The notes: generated by a model not told the origin, from the sequence alone. A stretch of 64,000 nt of DNA from an uncultured Chloroflexia bacterium (GCA_963719145.1 CAVRAX010000004.1:11629-75628); one strand, 5' to 3'. Positions 22,864 through 33,046 are shown, counted from the stretch's first letter. Program-made: numbers and translations.

Positions 22864-24084
22864 GTGAATACGCGCACCGCGCCCCCTGGGATCGCACGCC
22901 CGCCGCTCGCCGAGCGGGCTCTGTCGCAGCGCGTGCGGACCGTGCCGCCGTCCGGGATCCGGCGCTTCTTCGACATCCTGGCGACGATGACCGACGTCAT
23001 CAGCCTCGGGGTGGGGGAGCCCGACTTCGACACGCCCCGGCCGATCGTCGAGGCCGGCGTGGAATCGCTCCGGGAGGGGCGTACCCACTACACCTCGAAC
23101 TACGGCACGGTCGAGCTCAGGCAGGCCCTCAGCCGCCACCTCGAGCGGCGCTACGGCGTCAGGTATGATCCCGCGACCGAGCTCCTGATCACGGTCGGGG
23201 CCTCGGAGGCCGTGGACCTGGCCCTCCGGGCGACCTGCGACCCGGGCGACGAGGTCATCCTCCACGAGCCCTCGTACGTCGCCTACGTGCCCGCGATCGT
23301 GTTCGCCGGCGGGCGGGCGATCCACGTCCGGACGCGTTTCGAGGATGACTTCGCCCTCGAGCCGGCGGCCGTCGAGGCGGCGATCACCCCCCGGACGAAG
23401 GCGCTCTTCCTCGGCTATCCCTGCAATCCCACCGGCGCCGTCCTGCCGCCCGAGATCCAGGATGAGCTGGCCGCGATCGCCGATCGCCACGACCTCCTCG
23501 TCTACAGCGACGAGATCTACGACCGCCTGGCCTACGGCTCGTACACCCACCGGGCGATGTCGTCCCTGCCGGGGATGCGTGAGCGGACGATCCTCATGGG
23601 CGGCTTCTCGAAGGCCTACGCGATGACCGGCTGGCGGGTCGGCTGGTTGGCCGCGCCGGCGGGGATCCTTGAGGGGATCGTGAAGGTCCACCAGTACGGG
23701 ATCATGTCGGCCCCGACGGTCGCCCAGGACGCCGCGCTCGTCGCCCTCGAGGAGGGGGAGCCGGAGGTCCTCCGAATGCTCGCCGAGTACGACCGCCGGA
23801 GACGCCTCGTCGTCGACGGCTTCAACGCGATCGGCCTCGACACGTTCGAGCCACGGGGCGCCTTCTACGCGTTCCCGAAGATCATCTCCACGGGCCTGGA
23901 TTCGGAGACGTTCGCCCAGCGGCTGCTCGAGGAGGAGCACGTGGCGGTGGTTCCCGGCGGGGCGTTCGGACCCTCGGGCGAGGGCCACGTGCGGGCCTGC
24001 TACGCGACAGGCTACGAGCAGCTCGAGGAAGCGCTCGTCCGGATCGAACGCTTCGTCGATCGCTGCCGGAGCGCCACGACCTAG
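22864..24084 (+). CDS. PLP-dependent aminotransferase, class I (AspC/PatA-like).
   Basis: PLP-lysine region GGFSKAYAMTGWRVGW, along with the N-xxP and Y-D motifs. 406 aa. Confidence 0.9.
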   Translation: MNTRTAPPGIARPPLAERALSQRVRTVPPSGIRRFFDILATMTDVISLGVGEPDFDTPRPIVEAGVESLREGRTHYTSNYGTVELRQALSRHLERRYGVRYDPATELLITVGASEAVDLALRATCDPGDEVILHEPSYVAYVPAIVFAGGRAIHVRTRFEDDFALEPAAVEAAITPRTKALFLGYPCNPTGAVLPPEIQDELAAIADRHDLLVYSDEIYDRLAYGSYTHRAMSSLPGMRERTILMGGFSKAYAMTGWRVGWLAAPAGILEGIVKVHQYGIMSAPTVAQDAALVALEEGEPEVLRMLAEYDRRRRLVVDGFNAIGLDTFEPRGAFYAFPKIISTGLDSETFAQRLLEEEHVAVVPGGAFGPSGEGHVRACYATGYEQLEEALVRIERFVDRCRSATT

Positions 24085-24091
24085 CCGGTCG

Positions 24092-26935
24092 ATGATCGAG
24101 CCGACGGCCTCCGCGATCCCCGGGTCGGCCATCGCGGCCGAGTCGTCGCTGTCCACGTTCCTGTTCACGGACATCGAGGGCAGCACGCGGCTGTGGGAGG
24201 CGGACGCCGCCACCATGGGAGCGGCGCTTGCCCTCCACGACCGGACCCTTCGGTCGGCGATCGAGGCGTGTGGCGGCATGGTCATCAAGACCACCGGCGA
24301 CGGCATGCTCGCGGTCTTTGCCGATCCGGTCGCCGCCGTCGGAGCCGCCGTGGCCGGCCAGCGCGCCCTCGGCGCGGCTGCATGGGGCGAGTCGAGCCCC
24401 CTCCGTGTGCGGATGGCCCTCCACTCCGGGGTTGCCGAGGCACGCGAGGGCGACTATTTCGGACCGGCGCTCAATCGCGTCTCCCGGATCCTCTCGATCG
24501 GCCATGGTGGCCAGGTTCTCGTGTCGGCGATCACGGTGGCCCTGACCCGCGACCGGCTGGATCCGGCGCTCGAGCTCCTGGATCTCGGGTCCCATCGGCT
24601 CCGCGACCTCGACCGCCCGGAGCAGGTCTTCCAGCTGCTGGCGCCGGGCCTCCGCCGCGACTTCCCGCCGTTGCGCTCGCTCAGCTCGCGTCGCTCGAAC
24701 CTGCCGCTGCAGCTGACGAGCTTCGTGGGTCGAGAGCGGGAGGTCGCCGAGGTCGAGACGCTCGTGGGTCGCCACCGGCTCGTGACGCTCATCGGGGTCG
24801 GTGGGACCGGCAAGACCCGGCTCATGCTCGAGGCCGCCGGCCGCGTCGCCGACCGCCATGCCGACGGCACCTGGCTCGCCGAGCTGGCGCCCCTCACGGA
24901 CGCGTCCCAGGTCCCGTCCGAGGTGGCGCGGGCGCTGGGAGCGCCCGAGGTACCCGGCGTGCCCACGATGTCGGTCCTGACGGCGTTCCTGTTGGAGAAG
25001 GACCTGCTCCTCCTGCTCGACAACGCCGAGCACCTCGTCGACGGCGTCGCGGTGCTTGCGGAGCGACTGCTCGCTGCCGCGCCGAAGCTGCGGATCCTGG
25101 CCACGAGCCGGGAGGCCCTGTCGGTCCCCGGGGAAGCGGTGCTCCAGCTCCAGTCGCTCTCATGCCCGACACTCGGCATCGGCCGGGCCGAGGGTCTCGA
25201 CGACGTGGACGTCGACTTCGACGCCGCCGCCGGGACCGATGCCGTGCGGCTGTTCGTCGAGCGGGCGGCCGCGGTGGACCCGGGCTTCACCTTGGTCCAG
25301 GCGAACGTCGCGGCGGTGTCGGAGATCTGCCGGCGGCTGGACGGCATCCCGCTGGCCATCGAGCTCGCCGCCGCGCGCGTCTCGGCGATGTCCGCGGACG
25401 ACATCGCGAAGCGCCTCGGGGACCGCTTCCGGCTCCTCGCCGGAGGCCGGCGCACGGCGGTCCCTCGCCAGCAGACCCTCCATGCGCTCATCGACTGGAG
25501 CTGGGATCTCCTCACCGAGGACGACCGGCGCCTGCTCCGGCGCCTGTCGGTCTTCGTCGGTGGCTGGACGGCGGCCATGGCCGGGCAGGTGGTCGGGGAC
25601 GACGGGCGGCCGATCGACGAGCTCGATCTCATCGACGGACTGGCCCGCCTCGTGGATCGCTCGCTCGTCCAGATGGACCGTGGGGCCACGACCCGCTACC
25701 ACATGCTGGAGACGATCCGGCAGTACGCCCGCGAGAAGCTCCTGGCGGCCGAGGAGGTGGGCAAGATCGCCGATCGCCACTTCGTCGCGTTTGCCGCGCT
25801 CGCCATCGAGAACGAGGAGGCGCTGCGTGGTCCCCGCGCGGTGGACCGTCTCGACCTGCTCGACGCCGAGCAGGAGAACCTCGTCGGCGCGCTCGAGTGG
25901 GGCCTCGAGGCGGCGCCGTGGGAGGCCGTCCGGATGGCGAGCGCCCTGCTCGGCTACTGGGCTGTTCGAGTGATGTCGCAGGACAACGACGCGCGCATCG
26001 TCGACGCCATCGCGATCGCCCGCCGGACCGTCCTCGACCGCGACGACGCTGCTGCGGCCGACCAGGCGATCGCGGCCCGCTTGATGGGGGAGGCCGCCCG
26101 GCTCTGGGCCATGTCGGGCAGAGCGGACGTCGCCCTCGAGTGGGCCATCGACGCCGTCAGGCTCGCAACGGCCAGCGACGACCCCGTGGCCCGGGTCGCC
26201 GCGGTCGGCGGCCTTGCCGTGGCAAGGGTCTTCTCCGGGCAGGCCGGTGATCAGTCCGACGTACGCCTGCTTTTCGAGGAGGCGGCACGGCTCGGCAGGG
26301 AGACCGGGCAGTGGTGGATCGTCGCGATGGCCGAGTCGTTCGGCGGCGCGAGCCTGAGCGCATTCGACCCGGCAGCGGGCAGGGCCATGATCGAACGCGG
26401 CGTCGATGCTGCCGTCCGATCCGGCAGCCACTACGCGATGGGCGCCGCCGCGATGGCCCAGGGTCGCGCGCTTGGGCGGTCGGGGGACACGGACGGTGCC
26501 GTCGCCGCATTCGGGACGGCCATCGATCGGTTCATGGAGCTGGGGGACGAGCGGTTCGTGCTGGCGTCCCGGAGTGACCTCGCCCACGCGCTGCGGCGCG
26601 GAGGTCGCCTCGCGGAGGCCGCCGAGCTGTACCGCCAGACGTTGCGTGGCTGGGTCCACCTCGGCCACCGCGGCGCCATCGCGAACCAGCTCGAGAACGT
26701 CGCCTACGTCGACATCGACCAGCAGCGATTCGAGCGGGCCGCCCGGCTGCTGGGCGCGGCGGCGGCGATCCGCGAGGCGGCCCACGCCGTCATGGCCTTC
26801 GACGAGGAGCCGGAGCTCGAGTCCTTCGTGGCCAGGGTCCGGGCGGCGCTCGCGCCCGCCGCGCTCGAGGCGGCAACGGCCGCCGGGCGAGACCTGACCG
26901 TTCGCGAAGCGGTCGCCCTCGCCCTCGAGGCCTGA
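24092..26935 (+). CDS. Class III adenylyl/guanylyl cyclase domain fused to a STAND/AAA NTPase and TPR repeats. No C-terminal HTH was detected.
   Basis: The N-terminus carries the cyclase homology domain. Its metal-binding aspartates are in FLFTDIEGST and IKTTGDGMLAVF, and GPALNRVSRI supplies the transition-state N/R. The P-loop is LIGVGGTGKTRLMLE. The C-terminal ~450 aa consist of helical TPR-like repeats. Confidence 0.85.
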   Translation: MIEPTASAIPGSAIAAESSLSTFLFTDIEGSTRLWEADAATMGAALALHDRTLRSAIEACGGMVIKTTGDGMLAVFADPVAAVGAAVAGQRALGAAAWGESSPLRVRMALHSGVAEAREGDYFGPALNRVSRILSIGHGGQVLVSAITVALTRDRLDPALELLDLGSHRLRDLDRPEQVFQLLAPGLRRDFPPLRSLSSRRSNLPLQLTSFVGREREVAEVETLVGRHRLVTLIGVGGTGKTRLMLEAAGRVADRHADGTWLAELAPLTDASQVPSEVARALGAPEVPGVPTMSVLTAFLLEKDLLLLLDNAEHLVDGVAVLAERLLAAAPKLRILATSREALSVPGEAVLQLQSLSCPTLGIGRAEGLDDVDVDFDAAAGTDAVRLFVERAAAVDPGFTLVQANVAAVSEICRRLDGIPLAIELAAARVSAMSADDIAKRLGDRFRLLAGGRRTAVPRQQTLHALIDWSWDLLTEDDRRLLRRLSVFVGGWTAAMAGQVVGDDGRPIDELDLIDGLARLVDRSLVQMDRGATTRYHMLETIRQYAREKLLAAEEVGKIADRHFVAFAALAIENEEALRGPRAVDRLDLLDAEQENLVGALEWGLEAAPWEAVRMASALLGYWAVRVMSQDNDARIVDAIAIARRTVLDRDDAAAADQAIAARLMGEAARLWAMSGRADVALEWAIDAVRLATASDDPVARVAAVGGLAVARVFSGQAGDQSDVRLLFEEAARLGRETGQWWIVAMAESFGGASLSAFDPAAGRAMIERGVDAAVRSGSHYAMGAAAMAQGRALGRSGDTDGAVAAFGTAIDRFMELGDERFVLASRSDLAHALRRGGRLAEAAELYRQTLRGWVHLGHRGAIANQLENVAYVDIDQQRFERAARLLGAAAAIREAAHAVMAFDEEPELESFVARVRAALAPAALEAATAAGRDLTVREAVALALEA

Positions 26936-27037
26936 CAGCCGGCGCCTCCTCGCGATCCGCGGGGCAGCTCCGAGGGCGGCCCGGGCTCCGTCTCCGGAGC
27001 GCAGCGGGCGGCCGCGGGCCTGTGCGACACTCGGGGC

Positions 27038-28522
27038 ATGCCCGCCCCCGCTGCAGCCGTCCCGGCGTTGGACCGCTACGAAGCCGTCATCGGGATCGAG
27101 GTCCACTGCCAGTTGAAGACGGCCTCGAAGATGTTCTGTGGCTGCTCGACCGCCTACGACGGGGCGCCCCCGAACAGCCACACCTGTCCCGTCTGCCTCG
27201 GTCTCCCCGGCGCGCTGCCGGTGATCAACCGCCGGGCGGTCGAGCTCGTCCTGGCGGCCGGGGCCGCGATCGGGGCCCGCACGCCGGAGCACACCCGCTG
27301 GGACCGCAAGAACTACTTCTACCCCGATCTCCCGAAGGGCTACCAGATCAGCCAGTACGACCTGCCGCTCGCCGCCGCCGGTACCCTCACGATCGACACG
27401 ACCGAGGGGCCGTTCACGATCCGGATCACCCGGGCCCACCTCGAGGAGGACACCGCCAAGCTCGTTCACGCCGCCGGGCCGACCGGCGAGCGAGTCAGCC
27501 TCGTCGACTTCAACCGCTCCGGCGTGCCGCTGATGGAGATCGTCACCGAACCGGACATCCGGTCGGCCGAGCAGGCCCGACGCTACGCAGAGGAGCTGCA
27601 GATGCTCCTTCGGACGATCGGCGCCTCCGACGCCGACATGGAGCGGGGCCAGATGCGGGTCGAGGCCAACGTTTCGCTGCGGCCGCGCGGGGCCGAGGCG
27701 TTCGGGACCCGGGTCGAGGTCAAGAACATGAACTCGTTCCGCTCGGTCGAGCGGGCAATCACCTTCGAGATCGAGCGCCAGGCGGCCGCCCTCGACGCCG
27801 GTGAGCCGCTCGTCCAGGAGACCCGGGGCTGGTCGGACGAACACGGTGAGACCTACCGGATGCGGGTCAAGGAGACCTCCGACGACTACCGCTACTTCCC
27901 CGAGCCGGACCTGCCCCCGCTGCGGGTGGACCCGGCGTGGGTCGCCCGCATCCGGGCGGCGCTGCCCGAGCTTCCGGCCGCGCGCCGGGCGCGCTATCAG
28001 GAGGCCCTCGGCCTCAGCCCCTACGATGCCGCCGTGCTCGTCGCCGATGCCGACGCGAGCCGCCTGTTCGAGGCGACCCTCGCCGCCGAGGGTGGTGGCC
28101 GGGACGCGAAGGCCGTCGCGAACTGGGTGACCGGCGAGTACCTCCGGGTGCGGAACGCCTCGACCGCCGACGAGGCCCCGACAGCGGACCCGGTTCAGCT
28201 CGCCGCGCTGATCGGGCTCGTCGCGGCCGGGACGATCTCGCGGGCGAACGCGAAGGAAGCCTTCGAGGAGCACCTCACGACAGGCGATTCGATCGAGGCC
28301 ATCGTCGCGAGTCGCGGCTTCCACCAGATCTCCGACGCCGCGGCCCTCGGCGCGGTCGTCGACGGCGTGATCGCCGCGAACCCGGCAGCCGTCGCCGACG
28401 TTCGGGCTGGCAAGGCCCAGGCGATCGGGTTCCTCGTCGGGGCGGTCATGAAGCAGACGCGCGGGCAGGCGAACGCGGCCGTCGTCAGGGCGGCGCTGCA
28501 CGAGCGTCTCGGGGTCGACTGA
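27038..28522 (+). CDS. gatB: Asp-tRNA(Asn)/Glu-tRNA(Gln) amidotransferase subunit B.
   Basis: IGIEVHCQLKTASKMFCGCS…, 494 aa, with the GatB/YqeY C-terminal domain. Confidence 0.95.
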   Translation: MPAPAAAVPALDRYEAVIGIEVHCQLKTASKMFCGCSTAYDGAPPNSHTCPVCLGLPGALPVINRRAVELVLAAGAAIGARTPEHTRWDRKNYFYPDLPKGYQISQYDLPLAAAGTLTIDTTEGPFTIRITRAHLEEDTAKLVHAAGPTGERVSLVDFNRSGVPLMEIVTEPDIRSAEQARRYAEELQMLLRTIGASDADMERGQMRVEANVSLRPRGAEAFGTRVEVKNMNSFRSVERAITFEIERQAAALDAGEPLVQETRGWSDEHGETYRMRVKETSDDYRYFPEPDLPPLRVDPAWVARIRAALPELPAARRARYQEALGLSPYDAAVLVADADASRLFEATLAAEGGGRDAKAVANWVTGEYLRVRNASTADEAPTADPVQLAALIGLVAAGTISRANAKEAFEEHLTTGDSIEAIVASRGFHQISDAAALGAVVDGVIAANPAAVADVRAGKAQAIGFLVGAVMKQTRGQANAAVVRAALHERLGVD

Positions 28523-28794
28523 TGGGCATCCTGAACGTCGCCCTGATGGTCGGCGGCGTGGCTCTCGTGGCCGTCGGCTACCTCCGGGCGCGCGAGCCGT
28601 GGCGCCGCTACCGGGTCCTCAAGGCCCAGGACGAGAACATCGCCCGCTACGAGGCCTGGCGGGGCGGCCTCCGGGACTCCGGGACGACGGGCGCCTCCGT
28701 GGCAATGGCCGTCCTCCGACGGCAGGCCCTCATCGGCGGGGCGATCGCCGGGCTCGGTGCCGTGCTCGTGATCGCCGGCATCGCGCTCACGTAG
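28522..28794 (+). CDS. Small two-TM membrane protein.
   Basis: The ATG overlaps the gatB stop (tgATGg). The hydrophobic segments are MGILNVALMVGGVALVAVGY and the C-terminal IGGAIAGLGAVLVIAGIAL. The long upstream part of ORF 27937..28794 is rejected. Confidence 0.55.
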   Translation: MGILNVALMVGGVALVAVGYLRAREPWRRYRVLKAQDENIARYEAWRGGLRDSGTTGASVAMAVLRRQALIGGAIAGLGAVLVIAGIALT

Positions 28795-28808
28795 CCCGGG
28801 TGGGGCGG

Positions 28809-29486
28809 ATGGTGAGGTTGGCCCGGCGAGTCGCGATCGTCGCCGTCGTGGGGCTGCTCGGAATGGCGATTCTCGTGAGCCAGTGGGGGCCCTCAGTTCC
28901 AGGGGCCACGTCGCTGCCCCTCCTGGCCACGACCTCGATGGCGGGCGACATGACCCCCGACGTGGGCGAGGGCGTCGACCCCGAGACGCTGCCCCGCTCG
29001 CCGGCCGGCGGCGAGTGCCTCCCCCGGATCGCGCGCCCCGCCGGCCCGCTCGACCTGTGCTGGCAGGCGTACCGCGATCCACACGATGGCGACCCGCACC
29101 AGGATTACTACGTCCTCCGGGTATACGGCTCGTTCGGCGGCGACACCGGGACGGGCGTTCGCTGGGTCTCGGTTCGCGCCCGGCTCGTCGGGCAGCCGTC
29201 CGGCAACGTCTTCGAGGGCTGGCCCGACCGCACGTATGACGGCGGCTGCGAGGATCAGGACGTCTCGCTGCACGGCCTCGTCGGTCCCGTCCCTCGCGAA
29301 CCCGTCTGCGGTCGCACGACCGGCGTCACCACGGACGCCGACTGGAGCCACCTCGTGACCTGGGCCTGCATCGGCTGCATCGTGGTCGGGCACGAGACTC
29401 GCCCGGTCATCCTGTACAGCCTGGTCGCCGTGCCCGAGGGGACGATCCCGGCCTGGCAGATCTTCGGCGACCTCGGGGGCGACTAG
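28809..29486 (+). CDS. Hypothetical secreted or membrane-anchored Cys-rich protein.
   Basis: Internal ATG at 28809 with a signal anchor (RVAIVAVVGLLGMAILV). Six Cys in ~225 aa. No known motif. Confidence 0.5.
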   Translation: MVRLARRVAIVAVVGLLGMAILVSQWGPSVPGATSLPLLATTSMAGDMTPDVGEGVDPETLPRSPAGGECLPRIARPAGPLDLCWQAYRDPHDGDPHQDYYVLRVYGSFGGDTGTGVRWVSVRARLVGQPSGNVFEGWPDRTYDGGCEDQDVSLHGLVGPVPREPVCGRTTGVTTDADWSHLVTWACIGCIVVGHETRPVILYSLVAVPEGTIPAWQIFGDLGGD

Positions 29487-29573
29487 CGAAGCGGCCGCGA
29501 CGCACCGTCGAGCGCTACAGACGTTCGACGTCCAACCGTCCATGCCGAGCCACCCGCGACGTGCTGTCTGCCG

Positions 29574-30455
29574 TCAGCCCTGCGCCGCGTCTGGACCCCG
29601 TGCGCTCGACCTCGCCTGCCTCGCGGCCAGCGCCTCCACGAACGACGCGTCCGTCGGCGTCGAGCCCAGCCCAAGGCGCGCCCCGGACAGCGCGGGATAC
29701 GTCGGCGCCAGGGACGTCGACTCGAGGACCGGCCATGCGGCCTCGTCGAAGACCTCGGATGGGCTCGCATCGAGGAGGACGTGACCGTCGCCCATGACGA
29801 TCACCCGCCCGAAGTTCTCGGCGACGAAGCGCATGTCGTGGCTGATCGCGATGATCGTTCGGCCGTCGCTCGAGAGCTCATCGATCAGCCGAGCGATCCG
29901 ACGGATGCCGGGAGCGTCCTGGCCCGTGGTCGGCTCGTCGATCACGAGAACCGGGGTCTCCATCGCGACGACCGAAGCGAGCGCGAGCAGCTTCCGTCGC
30001 GAGTAGCCGAGGTCGTACGGATTGGTCTCCGCTTCGGCCGTTAGGCCGACGCTCGCCAGGGCCGAGGCAACGACGCGATCGAGCTCGACCCGGGTCCGAC
30101 CGAGGTTGCGCGGCCCGAAGCCGACCTCGGCGCGCACCGACCCGGCGAAGATCTGGCGGTCGGGGTTCTGGAATGCGAGCCCGACGGTCCGGGCGAGCAC
30201 CGCGACGTGTACGCCCACCGTGTCCTGCCCGAACACGAGCACCCGACCCTCCAATGGGCGGAGCAGGCCGTTGAGCAGCCGGACGAGCGTCGACTTGCCC
30301 GATCCGTTCTCGCCTACGATCGCCAGCTTTTCGCCTGCCGCGATCGCGAGATTCACGCGGGTGAGCGCTCTCGTCCCGTCGGGATAGACAAAGCCCACCT
30401 CTTCGAGCCGCACGGCATCGAAGGTCGGCGGCGCACCGACAGCCGGCGGCTTCAC
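29574..30455 (-). CDS. ecfA2: ECF transporter ATPase component EcfA2 (CbiO-like).
   Basis: Walker A GENGSGKST, signature LSGG-like, Walker B VLVIDEPT, and an ECF-type C-terminal helix. The GTG start overlaps the ecfA1 stop (GTGA). Confidence 0.85.
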   Translation of the reverse strand: MKPPAVGAPPTFDAVRLEEVGFVYPDGTRALTRVNLAIAAGEKLAIVGENGSGKSTLVRLLNGLLRPLEGRVLVFGQDTVGVHVAVLARTVGLAFQNPDRQIFAGSVRAEVGFGPRNLGRTRVELDRVVASALASVGLTAEAETNPYDLGYSRRKLLALASVVAMETPVLVIDEPTTGQDAPGIRRIARLIDELSSDGRTIIAISHDMRFVAENFGRVIVMGDGHVLLDASPSEVFDEAAWPVLESTSLAPTYPALSGARLGLGSTPTDASFVEALAARQARSSARGPDAAQG

Positions 30456-31348
30456 GCGGCACCCGCGTCGCCGAGCAGCACCGGATCGAGCGCCAGGCCG
30501 CGTTCGGCGGCTGCCCGCCAGAGCCTGACCGCCGGAGGGGGCTCGACGCCGAGGTTCGCGAGTCGCTCGCCCCGGAGCAGGGCTCCCGTCGGGCCGCGGT
30601 CGACGATGCGACCGTCGTACAGGAGCACGATCTCATCGGCCAGGTCGCTGAGCAGCCAGGTCTTGTGCTCGACGACGAGGATCGCCGTCCCGGTGCCCGC
30701 CGCGAGCCCGGCGAGCGCCTTGCCGACCAGGCGGGTTCCTGCCGGATCGAGCTGACTCGTCGGTTCATCAAGAACGAGGACGGGCGGGCCGAGCGCGATC
30801 ACGGACGCGAGAGCCACGAGTTGTGCTTCGCCGCCCGAGAGGTGCATCGGATCGCGGGGGCCGAGCGTGTCGATGTGGAGCGTAGCCAGGGCGTCCTCCA
30901 CCTGCGTTGCGACCTCGTCGACGGAGAAGCCGAGGTTTCGCGGCCCGAACGCCACCTCCTCGTACACGGTCGGCGCGGTCCCGGACAGCTGGGTGACCGA
31001 ATTCTGGAACAAGATCCCCGCCCGCTGCGCGAGCTCGTATGGCGCCGCAGAGCTCGTCTCTCGCCCGTTCAGCGTGACCTGTCCCTCGAGTCGGCCACCG
31101 ATCGCTGCCGGGGCCAGGCCTGCAGCCACCAGGCACAGCGTCGACTTGCCGGCTTCGTTGGGGCCGACGACGCCCAGGACGCGGCCGGCCGCCAGCTCGA
31201 GGCTGACACCGTCGAGCGCCACGCTCGAACCCCCTGCGTATGTGTACCGGACGCCTCGAAGGCGGAGCGGCACCGGAGGCTCGCCGGTCGCGAGCCCGAC
31301 ATCCTCGAGTCCGATGGCGCCGATCGAGGCAGGTGGCTGGGTGGTCAC
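30452..31348 (-). CDS. ecfA1: ECF transporter ATPase component EcfA1.
   Basis: Walker A GPNEAGKST, signature LSGGEAQ, and Walker B LVLDEPTS. The start is set to GTG 31348, overlapping the ecfT stop (GTGA). The longer track ORF to 31582 is rejected. Confidence 0.85.
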   Translation of the reverse strand: MTTQPPASIGAIGLEDVGLATGEPPVPLRLRGVRYTYAGGSSVALDGVSLELAAGRVLGVVGPNEAGKSTLCLVAAGLAPAAIGGRLEGQVTLNGRETSSAAPYELAQRAGILFQNSVTQLSGTAPTVYEEVAFGPRNLGFSVDEVATQVEDALATLHIDTLGPRDPMHLSGGEAQLVALASVIALGPPVLVLDEPTSQLDPAGTRLVGKALAGLAAGTGTAILVVEHKTWLLSDLADEIVLLYDGRIVDRGPTGALLRGERLANLGVEPPPAVRLWRAAAERGLALDPVLLGDAGAA

Positions 31349-32046
31349 GGGAGTGGGAACCGGCCGGCGACGGACAATCCGACGAGCGCAACGGCAGCGG
31401 CCACCAGTGCCCAGCGCAGGATCCGCTCCCAAAGCCGATCGGTGAGCGGACGCAGGGTCGTACGCCGCCCGGGTGCCGAGAACGCGCGGGCCTCCAGCGC
31501 CATCGTTCGCTCCTCGACTTCGGACAGCGCGGACAGGATCATCGGCGCGGCAAGCGGAACCACCCCCCGAACGCGGCGCCACGGGGATCCCTCCGTGTCG
31601 AGCCCGCGGGCGCGCTGGGCGTCCACGATCTCGCCCGCCCGTTCGACCATGCGTGGAAGGGTCCTGATCGCCGAGCCGATCACGAAGACCGCCCGCCGTC
31701 CGACGCCCCGGTGCTCGAGATCATCGAGGAGATCGTCGACCGATGTCGTGAGCCCCAGGAGCGCCACGCTCAATGCGAACGCCTCGACCCGCAACGTCGC
31801 CTGGAGCGCCTGCGCCAGGCCCGTCGACGTCGCGGTGATGGGCCCAACCGCGACGATCGCGTCGGTCGCGCCCGGGTAGAAGAACGTGTTGACGACAAGG
31901 ATCGAGATCACGATCGGCAGCGTGGCCAGCACGTACGGCGCCAGCGATCGTCCGAGGCCGGCCACGACCACCACGGTCAGCACGACGAGGAGCATCGAGA
32001 GGGGACCGGTCCAGCCCCGGACCCCGAACGCGATCGCCGCCACCAC
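31345..32046 (-). CDS. ecfT: ECF transporter transmembrane (T) component.
   Basis: CbiQ/EcfT family with the conserved ARGLDTEG motif and multiple TM helices. GTG start. Confidence 0.85.
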   Translation of the reverse strand: MVAAIAFGVRGWTGPLSMLLVVLTVVVVAGLGRSLAPYVLATLPIVISILVVNTFFYPGATDAIVAVGPITATSTGLAQALQATLRVEAFALSVALLGLTTSVDDLLDDLEHRGVGRRAVFVIGSAIRTLPRMVERAGEIVDAQRARGLDTEGSPWRRVRGVVPLAAPMILSALSEVEERTMALEARAFSAPGRRTTLRPLTDRLWERILRWALVAAAVALVGLSVAGRFPLP

Positions 32047-32175
32047 GAACGCCGTGACGAGCTTCGTGGTGGGGTTGAGCGAACGGAGGAAGCCGCGGGG
32101 CGGCCGTAGGACGTAGTCGGGCAGGCGCTCCCCGGCTTTCGCGGCGAGATCAGTCAGGAGCGCCTCCGGGGCCCG

Positions 32176-32997
32176 TCACCCGCCGCCGCTGTCGATCAGC
32201 CGGTCCCCGGTCGGGAACCGGGCGATGAACCTCGGCGACAAGCTTGCAAGAACGATGAACACCACGAAGCTCGTGATTGTCTTGTCGATCGGGTCACTGA
32301 ACAGGCCCTGTCCGAGCGAGGCGTTGAGAACATCGGCACCGCCTTGGCGGAGGGCGGCCACCAGAACGTCCGTCCCGGATCCCGTGACGCCTCCGAAGAC
32401 GTAGGCCGCGATCGGGGCCGAGACGATCGCGGCGACGATGCCCGTGAGGACTCCGGCCGCCGCGACCCACAGCCCGGCGAGGTCGCGTCGAAGGTAGATG
32501 AATGCGGCGACGATGACCGCCGCGACGGCGGCGATCACGACCGCCGCCGTGTAGACCCAGTCCGGATAGCCCCCGATGTCGGGGTCCGTATATGCGGGGT
32601 TGTTTACGATCGGGATAACGATCACGACGACCAGCGCGGCGGCTGCAAGAGCGGCGAGGGCGAGCTGGCTACCGGATGCCGGTCGGGAGCGGTAGACGCC
32701 GAGCTGGCCCCACAGGCCGGCGAGCAGACCGATGACACCGGCCGTGATCGCGAACGGACCGATGGTCCCGCCACCGATGCCTGGCGCGTACTGCCAGATG
32801 AGGTTCGACAGGACGCCGGTCAGGGCGCCCGGGATCGGTCCGGCGAGGACGCCGACCAGGATCGTGCCGATCGAGTCCAGGTAGATCGGGAGCTTGAGCA
32901 CTGTCTGGACGGTGTAGCCCAGGACGATGTTGATGGCGATGGCGATCGGGATCAGCACGATCGTCCGAGTGTCGAACCGGCCCCAGCTCCAGCTCAT
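32176..32997 (-). CDS. ECF transporter substrate-specific (S) component of unknown specificity.
   Basis: 273-aa highly hydrophobic protein directly upstream of ecfT-ecfA1-ecfA2. Strong RBS (AAGGAGAGGAACATG). Confidence 0.7.
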   Translation of the reverse strand: MSWSWGRFDTRTIVLIPIAIAINIVLGYTVQTVLKLPIYLDSIGTILVGVLAGPIPGALTGVLSNLIWQYAPGIGGGTIGPFAITAGVIGLLAGLWGQLGVYRSRPASGSQLALAALAAAALVVVIVIPIVNNPAYTDPDIGGYPDWVYTAAVVIAAVAAVIVAAFIYLRRDLAGLWVAAAGVLTGIVAAIVSAPIAAYVFGGVTGSGTDVLVAALRQGGADVLNASLGQGLFSDPIDKTITSFVVFIVLASLSPRFIARFPTGDRLIDSGGG

Positions 32998-33046
32998 GTT
33001 CCTCTCCTTGACATCGACCGGCGAATGCCGATCGCTCCCTCTCTCG

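Noticed and set aside
25160-28501. 1113-aa minus-strand ORF spanning the cyclase-STAND gene and gatB.
   Set aside because: Antisense to two well-supported genes and reads across an intergenic region. Low-complexity translation.
27937-28521. Upstream 195 aa of ORF 27937..28794.
   Set aside because: Out-of-frame overlap with gatB. Only the last 90 aa, from ATG 28522, form a plausible small membrane protein.
30452-31582. Long version of ecfA1 (376 aa) starting at 31582.
   Set aside because: The N-terminal 78 aa overlap ecfT out of frame and are low-complexity. The GTG at 31348 forms the GTGA coupling overlap typical of this operon.
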